Shown here one piece after another: positions 37,948-51,632 of a stretch of 64,000 nt of DNA. The translations under genes and the position numbers were made by a program. The notes beneath the pieces were generated by a model. It made no database searches, was not told the origin of the DNA, and saw only the letters and a list, made by a program, of their open reading frames with translations. The stretch is from Eledone cirrhosa. Its lineage: Eukaryota. The stretch covers positions 29,326,001 to 29,390,000 of the forward strand of contig OZ024750.1 in NCBI GenBank assembly GCA_964016885.1. The letters run 5' to 3'. Positions within the stretch are counted from its first letter, which is position 1. Every line of letters starts with the position of its first letter.

Positions 37948-39349
37948 CCAGGTACACTTTTCAAACGTGTGTGTGTGTGTGTGAAGGCGCATGGCTGAGA
38001 GGGGAAAGTATTGGATTCACAATTGGGAGGTTGTGATTTCAATTCTCAGACCAGGCGATGCATTATGTCTTTGAGAAAGATCTACGGAAACATTGTTCCC
38101 TTGGTCCGATTTGAAGAGCTCCACCCCACTCGTTAAGTGAATAAGGTGTAGGATCGTGTCGATCAGCTGTCGATATGTATATCATCATCACCATCACCGT
38201 TTTACGCCTGTTCTTCCATGCTAGCATGGGTTAGATGGGTTGTCCTGTTGTGGGCAGTGTCCAGTCAGCTGACCTCGTCTTGCTCATACGGGAACTAATT
38301 CTGGCTTGATTTCTACAGCTGGATGCCCTTCCTAACACCAACCTCATTTACAGTGAGTCCTGGGTGCTTTTTGCCGTGGCACCTACACGTCCACTTTTCA
38401 GTGTGGGCTGGGTGCTTTTTTGCTGTGGCACCTCCACGAACACTTTGCAGTGGAATGATAGGGATACCACTCCCTATCATCTCATTTCTACAGCTGAGTA
38501 AACTGGAGCAATGTGAAATAAAGTGTCTTGCTCAGGAAACAATACATCACTCAGTCCGAGAATTGAACTCACAACCTTTCGATTGCAAGCCCAATGCTCT
38601 AACCACTAAGCCTTGGGTCTTAGTAGTAATTTTTGTCATTTTGATCAATATTAATCACCTAGAGAGTGGGCCTCAGTGAAATTTGAACTTAGAATACAGA
38701 GAACCAGAACTATTATAGCCACACATTCTATCTAATACTTTAATAACTCTGCCAACAGACCATCTAACTTTATATTAATTATCTGATCAGTAAAGTAACT
38801 CAACATAAATATTTACCATTGTAAATTTTTAATTAAACCAGTTAATTAAATAATCTCTAAAAATACTTAATGTTAGCACTAACATCTTAAAATGGAAACG
38901 TTTCAAATAAATATAAATATACTAGGTTTGAAAGAATGCTGGCAAGAACAATAGCTAGGTCACTGTAGGCTTGACATGACAGGGAAATCAACCAATCAGA
39001 GGAAAGCATGATTAAAACAAAAAATGCAAACAAACAAAACTACACAGCAAGCATTATTCTTAATGCAATTGCTTGGTTGCTTTCATGGAACTGTAGTTTA
39101 GAAAGATTACTATTTCAGTAAATTAATTTTATCCATACCACTGCCATTATTAAAACAGTGTCATTTTCCATTAACGAGAAAGCTTTCATCCAGTGAAATT
39201 ATTATTATTATTATTATTATTATTAACAACAACAACAACAACCCAAATGCTGATGATGAAAACAGAAAGAAACCCTATAATAGGTACTGTGGGGATGTTA
39301 AAAACACACACAGATAGATACATAGCCAGAACCCTCAGGACATACATAC

Positions 39350-40141
<792 letters not shown>

Positions 40142-40230
40142 TGTAAAAGGTAAACAGAAATAATAACAACAATCGGTACAGTATATGGAAGGGATATATT
40201 AGGTTAACGCTTGATATAGCAGGAAGAGAA

Positions 40231-40266
40231 TCTTAACGTTTCGGACGCTAGTCTTTCGTCAGAAGA
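40231..40266 (-). ncRNA. Minimal type I hammerhead motif (dimer-dependent stem III ACGT)
   Basis: Minus strand: TCTT-CTGACGA-A AGAC TAGC GTCC-GAA-ACGT-T-AAGA. A homologous copy lies at 58030-58065. Confidence 0.65.
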
Positions 40267-40442
40267 GAGAATGAGAAATAAGATAGATTGTGGGGACGGA
40301 CGGGCTGGAATTGGAAAAAATGTCTTTAGATAAAAATAACAAGTCCATTCATTCATTTTGACATATCAAAAACATCATCTGTCCATTCCCTTATCGTTTT
40401 AGTTTGGATTACCTCAAGAACGTAACCTTATTATATAATGAA

Positions 40443-40517
40443 GCTGTCTGATGAGATCAAGGCACTGGTTACGCAAAATTGCATGGCCACTGTCGTCATT
40501 GAAATATGTATCACAGC
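40443..40517 (+). ncRNA. Type I hammerhead ribozyme motif, canonical core
   Basis: GCTGT-CTGATGA-long stem II (GAT/ATT, GGCA/TGTC, TGGTTA/TGGCCA, GCAA/TTGC)-GAA-ATATGTAT-C-ACAGC; AUC site. Confidence 0.8.
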
Positions 40518-41574
40518 CCTATCAATAAAGGACTAACATCTGCAACTACATCGCATTTTCTTATCCTATATACTGTAAAGTGGTTGTGTAGGTGTCATGA
40601 CAAAAAACACCCAGTACTCACTGTAAATAAGGGTGGCATTAGGATAGGCATCCAGCTGCAGAAACCAAACCAAAATCAGTCCTGTATGAACAAGACATGG
40701 TCACCTGACCTAGCATTGCCCACAACAGGACAACCTGTCTAACCCATGCTAACGGGGAAAATGGACGTAAGACGGAGGTGATGATGATATATGTATATAC
40801 ACACAAATATATATATATATATGTGTGTGTGTGTATGTTACAATGGTACCACAAAACATCCAGCCCACTCTCTAAGTGGTTGTGTAGGTGTCACGTCAAA
40901 AAGCACCCAGCCCACACTGTAAATGTGGTTGGCGCTAGGAAGGGCATCCAGCCGTAGAAAGCAAGCCAGAAACTGTCCTATATGAGCAAGACACGGTCAC
41001 CCGACCCAACTTGCTTTAAATGGGATAAACTCGTCTAACCCATGCTAGCGTGGAAGATGGATTTTAAACAATGATGATATATCAGAGTCCACCTGGTTGC
41101 TTTAACAACAATATAAAGCCAATTGAAATCATGTTGAGAGTTTTAACAAGCATCAAACATATATTTCTAGTAGTGTCCTCCTATATAATGCCATCCCTTC
41201 TAAACTATATGTTAGTATTGCCCTTCTATATAACTATATGTTAGTATTGCCCTTCTGTATAGTACCATCCCTTCTATATAGGTATATGTTAGTATTATCA
41301 TTCTATATAGTACTGTCCCTTCTATATAGTACCATCCCTTCTAGAGAGTACCATCCCTTCTAGACAGCTATATGTTAGTATTGCCCTTCTAAATAGTGCC
41401 AACCCTTCTATATAGTACCAACCCTTCTAAATAGCTATATGTTAGTGTGTGGGTGGGAGAAGACAGTATATCTTTCTTTCATGTTGACATGGGTTGGACA
41501 AAGAAAGTAAATCAAGTATGTAGGTGAGAGTAGGGAGTACATCTTTCTTCAGGAAATCTGTATTGAAATATACA

Positions 41575-42260
41575 TGTATAGTATAAGTCACACTTCCAGT
41601 CTACATACATTTACATTGCCCAATATATACAGCATATAGTATAAGTCACACTTCCAGTCTACATACATTTACATCGCCCAATATATACAGCATATAGTAT
41701 AAGTCACACCTCCAGTCTACATACATTTACATCGCCCAATATATACAGCATATAGTATAAGTCACACCTCCATTTTGCATACATTTACATTGCACAATAT
41801 ATACAGCATATAGTATAAGTCACACCTCCAGTCTACATACATTTACATCGCCCAATATATACAGCATATAGTATAAGTCACACCTCCATTTTACATACAT
41901 TTACATCGCCCAATATATACAGCATATAGTATAAGTCACACCTCCATTTTACATACATTTACATTGCACACAATATATACAGCATACTGTAAAGTCACAC
42001 CACCATTTTACATACATTTACATTGCACAATATATACAGCATACTGTAAAGTCACACCTACATTTTACATACATTTACATTGCACAATATATACAGCATA
42101 CTGTAAAGTCACACCTACATTTTACATATATTTATGATGCATCATATATACGGCATATAGTATAAGCTGCACCACCATTTAACATACATTTACGTTGCCC
42201 AATATATACAGCATTTAGAAAAGTCACACCTCCAGTTTACATAAACTTATGATGCATCAT
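41575..42260. repeat. About 58-bp minisatellite, about 11-12 diverging copies
   Basis: Unit atagtataagtcacacctccagtctacatacatttacatcgcccaatatatacagcat. Confidence 0.9.
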
Positions 42261-42886
42261 GTTTTGAATTGAGGTTTTCTATGCTCAGAAGATGACTTAC
42301 ACCACTAAATTACATCATTTCCAATGTATTATATTTTGAATTGTTCTTTAGAATTTTATTTTATACTTTACACTTATGCTGGTTTAATCGACCTCCCATG
42401 AAATTACATCTCATTGGTTTCTCAGGTGTTTTAATGATAGTGTCTCCATTCCTATAAAAATCCAATAGATATTACTAATTAAAAAGTCTAAAGTCTGTCT
42501 TAAGCCAGAAGGCTCATTTGGCCGGTGCTTATCCTGATTTCATGGCATGAAGCAACAGAGTACAAGACTCCCCAATGGACAGGACACCAGTCCATCACAG
42601 GGTTAAACCCCCAGTTATTGCTGGTACTCATTTTCAGCTGAGTATACTGGAGCAATGTGAAATGAAGTGTTTTGCTCAAGAACACAACACGCAACCCAGG
42701 AATCGAACCCACAACATTATGATCGTAAGCCCAACACCCTTACCACTAGGCCACATGTCTCCACTGTTACTAATTACCATAAACTATATAGTAAAACTGA
42801 TTATATATTTATTTAAATGGGAAATTATTCACTCTAGGGCCATAATTTGGATTGTGTAATAAGGTTGTATTAGGTGTAGGTGAACA

Positions 42887-43114
42887 TTAACCCTTTAGTG
42901 TTCAAACCGGCCAAAACCGGCCAGAATTCTCTACCTCTTTCTGTTCAAACTGGCTGTAACTGGTCACTCAAACTGATGTTAAGGTATTATTCTCAAAATA
43001 AATACTTTCAAAATCTCATAGATTCGATATTATGTGAGATAATTATGTAAGGTAAAGCATTTACCATGAAAATACAATAGTATATATAGAGTAATGTGAA
43101 TGCTAAAGGGTTAA
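42887..43114. mobile_element. TTAA MITE copy
   Basis: Same TIRs and TTAA flanks. Confidence 0.85.
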
Positions 43115-43878
43115 GTATTCATAGTTTTAGGAAATTTAAATCCTACACCCATGCAGGTTTAGCTGGGCTTCTACAATGTTGCATCTCATTGGTGGTTTTT
43201 CAAATGTGTTAATGATTGGAGCCTCAGTTATACCATGAAAAGTAATGTGAAATGAAGTGCCTTGCTCAAGAACCAAATATGCCACCCAGTGCAGGAATCG
43301 AACCCCTCCAAATTCTTGATTATTTTCGAAATTATTTAAAATTCATAGGCAGCGTCTTTCACTAGAAATATGGTAATGAAAGAGTTAAGAGGACCTTTAT
43401 AAGTTACAGATAGTACTTTAAAGACTAAACCAGTGTTCTATAACAGGAAATCGACACATTTTTTTGGAGGTGGGCCAGGAATAGTTTTACATCTTGCAGG
43501 TCAAGGTGAATAATAATAAAAAAAAAATCAAACATTGATCATACAAGGTTATGGAAACAGCTTGTGTTTAATTACTTCGTTTTCTATTATAAGAGAGAGA
43601 AAGGGAGAGAAAGACAGAGAGGGGGAGAAAGGGAAAGAGGGGAAGCGAGAGAGGGAGAGAAAGAGGGAGAAAGAGAGAGAGTATTCTAATTTACAGAATA
43701 CTAGATCTTTGATCTACACATCTAACGAATCAATATTTATTATGAGAACTTAGAATAACTTAGAATATATCTATATATATACACACACACACACACACAC
43801 ATACATATACACACACATATATATACATATACACACATATATATATACATATACACATACACACATATATATACATAT

Positions 43879-43910
<32 letters not shown>

Positions 43911-44214
43911 GTATAATCATTTCAAACTAATTATATGATGTAACATGAAGTAAATAACTAACTTTTTAGATCAAAGGACATTGGACTGACACTATAATAA
44001 TCATTGGAACTGAATGTTGTGAAATTCAAAGAATAAAGTAAACACACTAAACATTAAATAAAATACAGTATTAAGTTATAAAAGAAGAGATTTAAGCTTT
44101 GATATTTCTTTTTCAAATTATTTTATCAAGCCAAGTGTTAACTTCTCTTGGCTAATATTCAAGTTCATGTGAGATGTAACATGATTTTATGTGAAATAAT
44201 ATTTTTAAAATGTC

Positions 44215-44460
44215 TTCTTCAACCACTTATTCTTAGAGGGTCATGGGGGCAGAGTCCTCAAACATTTCCTTCAGCAGGTCCTGTCAGAAGCAACTGTCTC
44301 CAAATGATCTGGCTGGATCCCCAAGCATGACCAGTCAAGTTCATGGATTTTATCCAACCATCTCGCTTAGGGTTTACCCCTGGATCTCATGTCAATTGGT
44401 TTTGCCCGTAAGATCTGTCCAGGTTCAAATTAGTAAATAGTTCTGGCAGACCATCCGCCG
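44215..44460 (-). mobile_element. Decayed LINE 3' end (RTE-like)
   Basis: Translation ILRAKP...SRGKP*ARWLDKIHEL.WSCLGIQP..L.TVASDR. Confidence 0.55.
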
Positions 44461-45619
44461 ACTTTGTATTAAGAAGCCCTCCTCCACACCTGCTTTTTTT
44501 AAAATGACTACATAGATTTTCAAAACCTGAAACATGTCAAAATCAGAAGAAAAATATAATAAAACAAAACAAAGTTACTTTTGCTATTTTTGGAGGTCAC
44601 TTTTATAACTTAGATTTGTTTACCAAGATACTATTTTGGTAATATCTTTTCACGGTTAAGGAATAGCAATTAAAACTGTTTTGTTTCAGAAAAAAAAAAG
44701 CATTACACTTGTTTCCCCGTCCCATTTATTGTAACCTGGCACTGTGTATACCAGTGCATGACTTCTTATATCTTAATCAGTCACTGCTGGATAAAAATGA
44801 TTTATTTTAATTTTGAAGTAGCAGGTGTGGATCAGAGAGTCACTCCAGGTAGAGCCGCTACTTCTCTAGATTGAGGGATCACAGCTCTGATACTATGGGC
44901 ATGTGGTTAGAATGTCCCAGGTAAGAATCGCTGGACAGATTTTTATGGGCAAAACCATCTGGTAGGAGACCCTCACAGAAATAGTGGGCGAAGAAGAAGA
45001 ATTTTAAAGTAAATAATTGTTTCTATGTTAGGCACAAGGCCAGCAATTACCCAGTGCATTACACTTTATTTTATCGACCCCATAAGGATGAAAGGCAAAG
45101 TCAACCTCGGCGGGATTTGAACTCAGATCGTAAAGGGACGTAACTATGCTGGAAAGTAAATAATACGTAATGTTTCTTTTGTAAATGTTGTACACTATTA
45201 CCTATAAAATATATAGTTTCATTATCACCATCATCACCATCATCATCACCACCCAACATGTCTACCTGCTAATGAGAGTTGGATAGATCTTCACAGACTA
45301 AGTCAGTATTCAAGTGGAGCTACTCACTTTTCAGATAGACTGAGGACTTCCATCTCACACTTTATGGAGTGCATTTTATCATGGCACCAGCACTAGGGAG
45401 GTTATGTCTTTGGCACAACTGAAGAGTCCCTTGACCCTTGGTTTAGCAGGGTTACTACGGCTGGATGTCCTTATTACCAAACCACTTTACAGAGTGTACT
45501 GGGTGTAGTTTATTGTGTACATCAACGACGACTCCTTCCAACACTTATATGTATTACATTATAGTGGTATAACCACAGTAAAGAAGTCAGCTTCACAACC
45601 ACATGACCTTTGGTTTTAT

Positions 45620-46240
45620 ACAAGTGTTCAAGACTTATAAGTGTTTGTGTCTTCTACCATAGCTTTAGGCTGACAGTATGATACAAGTGCATAACACGTG
45701 TTTGTAAGTGTCTTCTACCATAGCTTTAGGCTGACAGTATGATACAAGTGCATAACACTTGTGTTTGGAAGTGTCTTCTACCATAGCTTTAGGCTGACAG
45801 TATGATACAAGTGCATAACACTTGTGTTTGGAAGTGTCTTCTACCATAGCTTTAGGCTGACAGTATGATACAAGTGCATAACACGTGTTTGTAAGTGTCT
45901 TCTACCATAGCTTTAGGCTGACAGTATGATACAAGTGCATAACACTTGTGTTTGGAAGTGTCTTCTACCATAGCTTTAGGCTGACAGTATGATACAAGTG
46001 CATAACACTTGTGTTTGGAAGTGTCTTCTACCATAGCTTTAGGCTTACAGTATGATACAAGTGCATAACACTTGTGTTTGGAAGTGTCTTCTACCATAGC
46101 TTTAGGCTGACAGTATGATACAAGTGCATAACACTTGTGTTTGGAAGTGTCTTCTACCATAGCTTTAGGTTGACAGTTTTACACAAGTGTACAAGGCTTA
46201 TAATTATAAGCAAGTGTTTGTAAGTGTCTTTAGACCATAG
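45620..46240. repeat. About 62-bp minisatellite, about 9 copies
   Basis: Unit gtgtcttctaccatagctttaggctgacagtatgatacaagtgcataacacttgtgtttggaa. Confidence 0.9.
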
Positions 46241-46242
46241 GT

Positions 46243-46423
46243 TTAACCCTTTAGCATTTACATTACTCTTTACCTCACATAATATTGAATCTATAAGATT
46301 TTGATATTCATTTTGAGAACAATACCTTAACATCAGTATAAGTAGTTGATTACAGCTGGTTTGAACAGAGAGAGAAGAGAGAATTCTGGATGGATACAGC
46401 CAGTTTAAATGTTAAAGGGTTAA
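46243..46423. mobile_element. TTAA MITE copy (internally deleted)
   Basis: Same TIRs and TTAA flanks. Confidence 0.8.
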
Positions 46424-46689
46424 CGTTGATGGTTTTTCACAAATGGATTGATAAACGATATTATTATACTTTTATTAAGAAATTTTAAGTAAAGACTATT
46501 TCTAAAAAAAAGAAATAGTTTTACTAAACTTTGACTTTTAGCAAGTGGCTACAAGTGTCTACTATAATCTTAGGTTGACAATTTGACAATGTTTAACACC
46601 ATAAGCCCACAGCGTTAGGTTGACCAATTCTTCGTGGCAGGAATTTAGTAGATAGAAATTATGTAGAAACTTATTACACATATTTAAGT

Positions 46690-47102
46690 TTATCTCTTGT
46701 GAATGTAGATTATATGTGAAAGTTGGAGAGAATTGAAGTGAGCATGCTTTGGTGGATGGTAAATGTTAATGTGTGTGAATGAGAAAGCATGGATGAACCG
46801 AGAGAAAAACAGTACGTGAGGAATCAGATGCAGTGTACAGGAGAGAAGACTGCACTGGTATGGACATGTGATGCACATGGAAGATGATCACTGGATGAAG
46901 AAGTGCCAAGAAATCCTTGTGGAAGGGAGCCACAGTAGAGGAAGACAAAGGAAGATCTGGGAAGAGGTTGTGAGAGCTGATCTCAAATGGCTGTGAAGTT
47001 CAGAGAAAATGATAAAGGAATACAATGAATGGAGGAAAGCTGTGCTGGAAAAGATCCATCCAACCCATGTAAGCATAGGAAAATGAACTTAAAATGATGA
47101 TG
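46690..47102 (+). mobile_element. RTE LINE 3' fragment
   Basis: IRCSVQERRLHWYGHVMHMEDD...RGRQRKIWEEVVRADL and an (ATG)n tail. Confidence 0.75.
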
Positions 47103-47534
47103 AATATATATCAGTATAGGAACCAATGCTTTTGAATAGAAAATATACTTTGTGGTATTTGTTTTGTCAAGTTCCACAAATAATCCCTCGTCATTCTCAC
47201 CATCGGAATCATTAAACCATATTATACGCTATACTATAATATTTTGAGTGGTCCATTAGAAACATGAAGTCAACAATTATTTGTTCACCAAATGAGAAAT
47301 AAAAATATATGGAGTGGTAGGTCAGCAGTAGTATTGGTAAGTCATAACAGTATTACAGTATATGTAGTGGTAGTAGTAGTATGTCACAGCTACAGTAGTA
47401 GTTAGATATATTACAGTATATGTAGTGGCACTAGTAGTTAGTCATAACAGTATTACAGCTGCTGTAATGTCAACACAGGCAATCACATGATCAGATTTAC
47501 TTCATGAATAGAAAGTCCATATTATCCAAATACA

Positions 47535-50500
47535 AGAACTACAGTAGTTAGTAACAAGTATAATAACTACAGTAGTTAGTAACAACTATAATAACTACAG
47601 TAGTTAGTAACAACTATAATAACTACAGTAGTTAGTAACAAGTATAACTACAGTAGTTAGTAACAACTATAATAACTACAGTAGTTAGTAACAACTATAA
47701 CAACTACAGTAGTTAGTAACAACTATAACAACTACAGTAGTTAGTAACAACTATAATAACTACAGTAGTTAGTAACAACTATAATAACTACAGTAGTTAG
47801 TAACAAGTATAATAACTACAGTAGTTAGTAACAAGTATAACTACAGTAGTTAGTAACAACTATAATAACTACAGTAGTTAGTAACAACTATAATAACTAC
47901 AGTAGTTAGTAACAACTATAATAACTACAGTAGTTAGTAACAACTATAATAACTACAGTAGTTAGTAACAACTATAATAACTACAGTAGTTAGTAACAAC
48001 TATAACTCCAGTAGTTAGTAACAACTATAACTACAGTAGTTAGTAACAACTATAACTACAGTAGTTAGTAACAAGTATAATAACTACAGTAGTTAGTAAC
48101 AACTATAACAACTACAGTAGTTAGTAACAACTATAATAACTACAGTAGTTAGTAACAAGTATAATAACTACAGTAGTTAGTAACAACTATAACAACTACA
48201 GTAGTTAGTAATAACTATAACTACAGTAGTTAGTAACAACTATAATAACTACAGTAGTTAGTAACAACTATAATAACTACAGTAGTTAGTAACAAGTATA
48301 ATAACTACAGTAGTTAGTAACAACTATAATAACTACAGTAGTTAGTAACAACTATAATAACTACAGTAGTTAGTAACAACTATAATAACTACAGTAGTTA
48401 GTAACAACTATAATAACTACAGTAGTTAGTAACAACTATAATAACTACAGTAGTTAGTAACAACTATAATAACTACAGTAGTTAGTAACAACTATAACTA
48501 CAGTAGTTAGTAACAACTATAACTACAGTAGTTAGTAACAACTATAACTACAGTAGTTAGTAACAACTATAATAACTACAGTAGTTAGTAACAACTATAA
48601 TAACTACAGTAGTTAGTAACAACTATAATAACTACAGTAGTTAGTAACAACTATAATAACTACAGTAGTTAGTAACAACTATAATAACTACAGTAGTTGG
48701 TAACAACTATAACTACAGTAGTTAGTAACAACTATAACTACAGTAGTTAGTAACAACTATAACAACAGTGGTTAGTAACAACTATAACTACAGTAGTTAG
48801 TAACAACTATAACTACAGTGGTTAGTAACAACTATAATAACTACAGTAGTTAGTAACAACTATAATAACTACAGTAGTTAGTAACAACTATAATAACTAC
48901 AGTAGTTAGTAACAACTATAATAACTACAGTAGTTAGTAACAACTATAACTACAGTAGTTAGTAACAACTATAACAACTACAGTAGTTAGTAACAACTAT
49001 AACTACAGTAGTTAGTAACAACTATAACTACAGTGGTTAGTAACAACTATAACTACAGTGGTTAGTAACAACTATAACTACAGTGGTTAGTAACAACTAT
49101 AACTACAGTGGTTAGTAACAACTATAACAACTACAGTAGTTAGTAACAACTATAACAACTACAGTAGTTAGTAACAACTATAATAACTACAGTAGTTAGT
49201 AACAACTATAACTACAGTGGTTAGTAACAACTATAACTACAGTGGTTAGTAACAACTATAACTACAGTGGTTAGTAACAACTATAATAACTACAGTAGTT
49301 AGTAACAACTATAATAACTACAGTAGTTAGTAACAACTATAATAACTACAGTAGTTAGAACAACTATAATAACTACAGTAGTTAGTAACAACTATAATAA
49401 CTACAGTAGTTAGTAACAACTATAATAACTACAGTAGTTAGTAACAACTATAACTACAGTAGTTAGTAATAACTATAACTACAGTAGTTAGTAACAACTA
49501 TAATAACTACAGTAGTTAGTAACAACTATAACTACAGTAGTTAGTAACAAGTATAATAACTACAGTAGTTAGTAACAACTATAATAACTACAGTGGTTAG
49601 TAACAACTATAATAACTACAGTAGTTAGAACAACTATAATAACTACAGTAGTTAGTAACAACTATAATAACTACAGTAGTTAGTAACAACTATAATAACT
49701 ACAGTAGTTAGTAACAACTATAACTACAGTAGTTAGTAATAACTATAACTACAGTAGTTAGTAACAACTATAATAACTACAGTAGTTAGTAACAACTATA
49801 ACTACAGTAGTTAGTAACAACTATAACTACAGTGGTTAGTAACAACTATAACTACAGTGGTTAGTAACAACTATAACTACAGTGGTTAGTAACAACTATA
49901 ACTACAGTGGTTAGTAACAACTATAACTACAGTGGTTAGTAACAACTATAACTACAGTGGTTAGTAACAACTATAACTACAGTAGTTAGTAACAACTATA
50001 ACTACAGTGGTTAGTAACAACTATAACTACAGTGGTTAGTAACAACTATAATAACTACAGTAGTTAGTAACAACTATAATAACTACAGTAGTTAGTAACA
50101 ACTATAATAACTACAGTAGTTAGTAACAACTATAATAACTACAGTAGTTAGTAACAACTATAATAACTACAGTAGTTAGAACAACTATAATAACTACAGT
50201 AGTTAGTAACAACTATAATAACTACAGTAGTTAGTAACAACTATAATAACTACAGTAGTTAGTAACAACTATAACTACAGTAGTTAGTAATAACTATAAC
50301 TACAGTAGTTAGTAACAACTATAATAACTACAGTAGTTAGTAACAACTATAACTACAGTAGTTAGTAACAAGTATAATAACTACAGTAGTTAGTAACAAC
50401 TATAATAACTACAGTAGTTAGTAACAACTATAATAACTACAGTAGTTAGTAACAAGTATAATAACTACAGTAGTTAGTAACAACTATAATAACTACAGTA

Positions 50501-51632
50501 GTTAGTAACAACTATAATAACTACAGTAGTTAGTAACAACTATAACTACAGTAGTTAGTAATAACTATAACTACAGTAGTTAGTAACAACTATAATAACT
50601 ACAGTAGTTAGTAACAACTATAACTACAGTAGTTAGTAACAAGTATAATAACTACAGTGGTTAGTAACAACTATAATAACTACAGTAGTTAGTAACAACT
50701 ATAACTACAGTAGTTAGTAACAACTATAATAACTACAGTAGTTAGTAACAACTATAATAACTACAGTAGTTAGTAACAACTATAACTACAGTAGTTAGTA
50801 ACAACTATAATAACTACAGTAGTTAGTAACAACTATAATAACTACAGTAGTTAGTAACAACTATAATAACTACAGTAGTTAGTAACAACTATAATAACTA
50901 CAGTAGTTAGTAACAACTATAACTACAGTAGTTAGTAATAACTATAACTACAGTAGTTAGTAACAACTATAATAACTACAGTAGTTAGTAACAACTATAA
51001 CTACAGTAGTTAGTAACAAGTATAATAACTACAGTAGTTAGTAACAACTATAATAACTACAGTAGTTAGTAACAACTATAATAACTACAGTAGTTAGTAA
51101 CAAGTATAATAACTACAGTAGTTAGTAACAACTATAATAACTACAGTAGTTAGTAACAACTATAATAACTACAGTAGTTAGTAACAACTATAATAACTAC
51201 AGTAGTTAGTAACAACTATAATAACTACAGTAGTTAGTAACAACTATAATAACTACAGTAGTTAGTAACAAGTATAATAACTACAGTAGTTAGTAACAAC
51301 TATAATAACTACAGTAGTTAGTAACAACTATAATAACTACAGTAGTTAGTAACAACTATAATAACTACAGTAGTTAGTAACAACTATAATAACTACAGTA
51401 GTTAGTAACAACTATAATAACTACAGTAGTTAGTAACAAGTATAATAACTACAGTAGTTAGTAACAAGTATAATAACTACAGTAGTTAGTAACAACTATA
51501 ACTACAGTAGTTAGTAACAACTATAATAACTACAGTAGTTAGTAACAACTATAATAACTACAGTAGTTAGTAACAACTATAACAACTACAGTAGTTAGTA
51601 ACAACTATAACAACTACAGTAGTTAGTAACAA
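47535..51632. repeat. 4.1-kb minisatellite of 25/28-bp units
   Basis: Unit aactacagtagttagtaacaactat(aat). Confidence 0.97.

Noticed and set aside
39246-39290. CTGATGA...GAAACCCTATAATAGGTA hammerhead candidate
   Set aside because: No stem II or stem I pairing.
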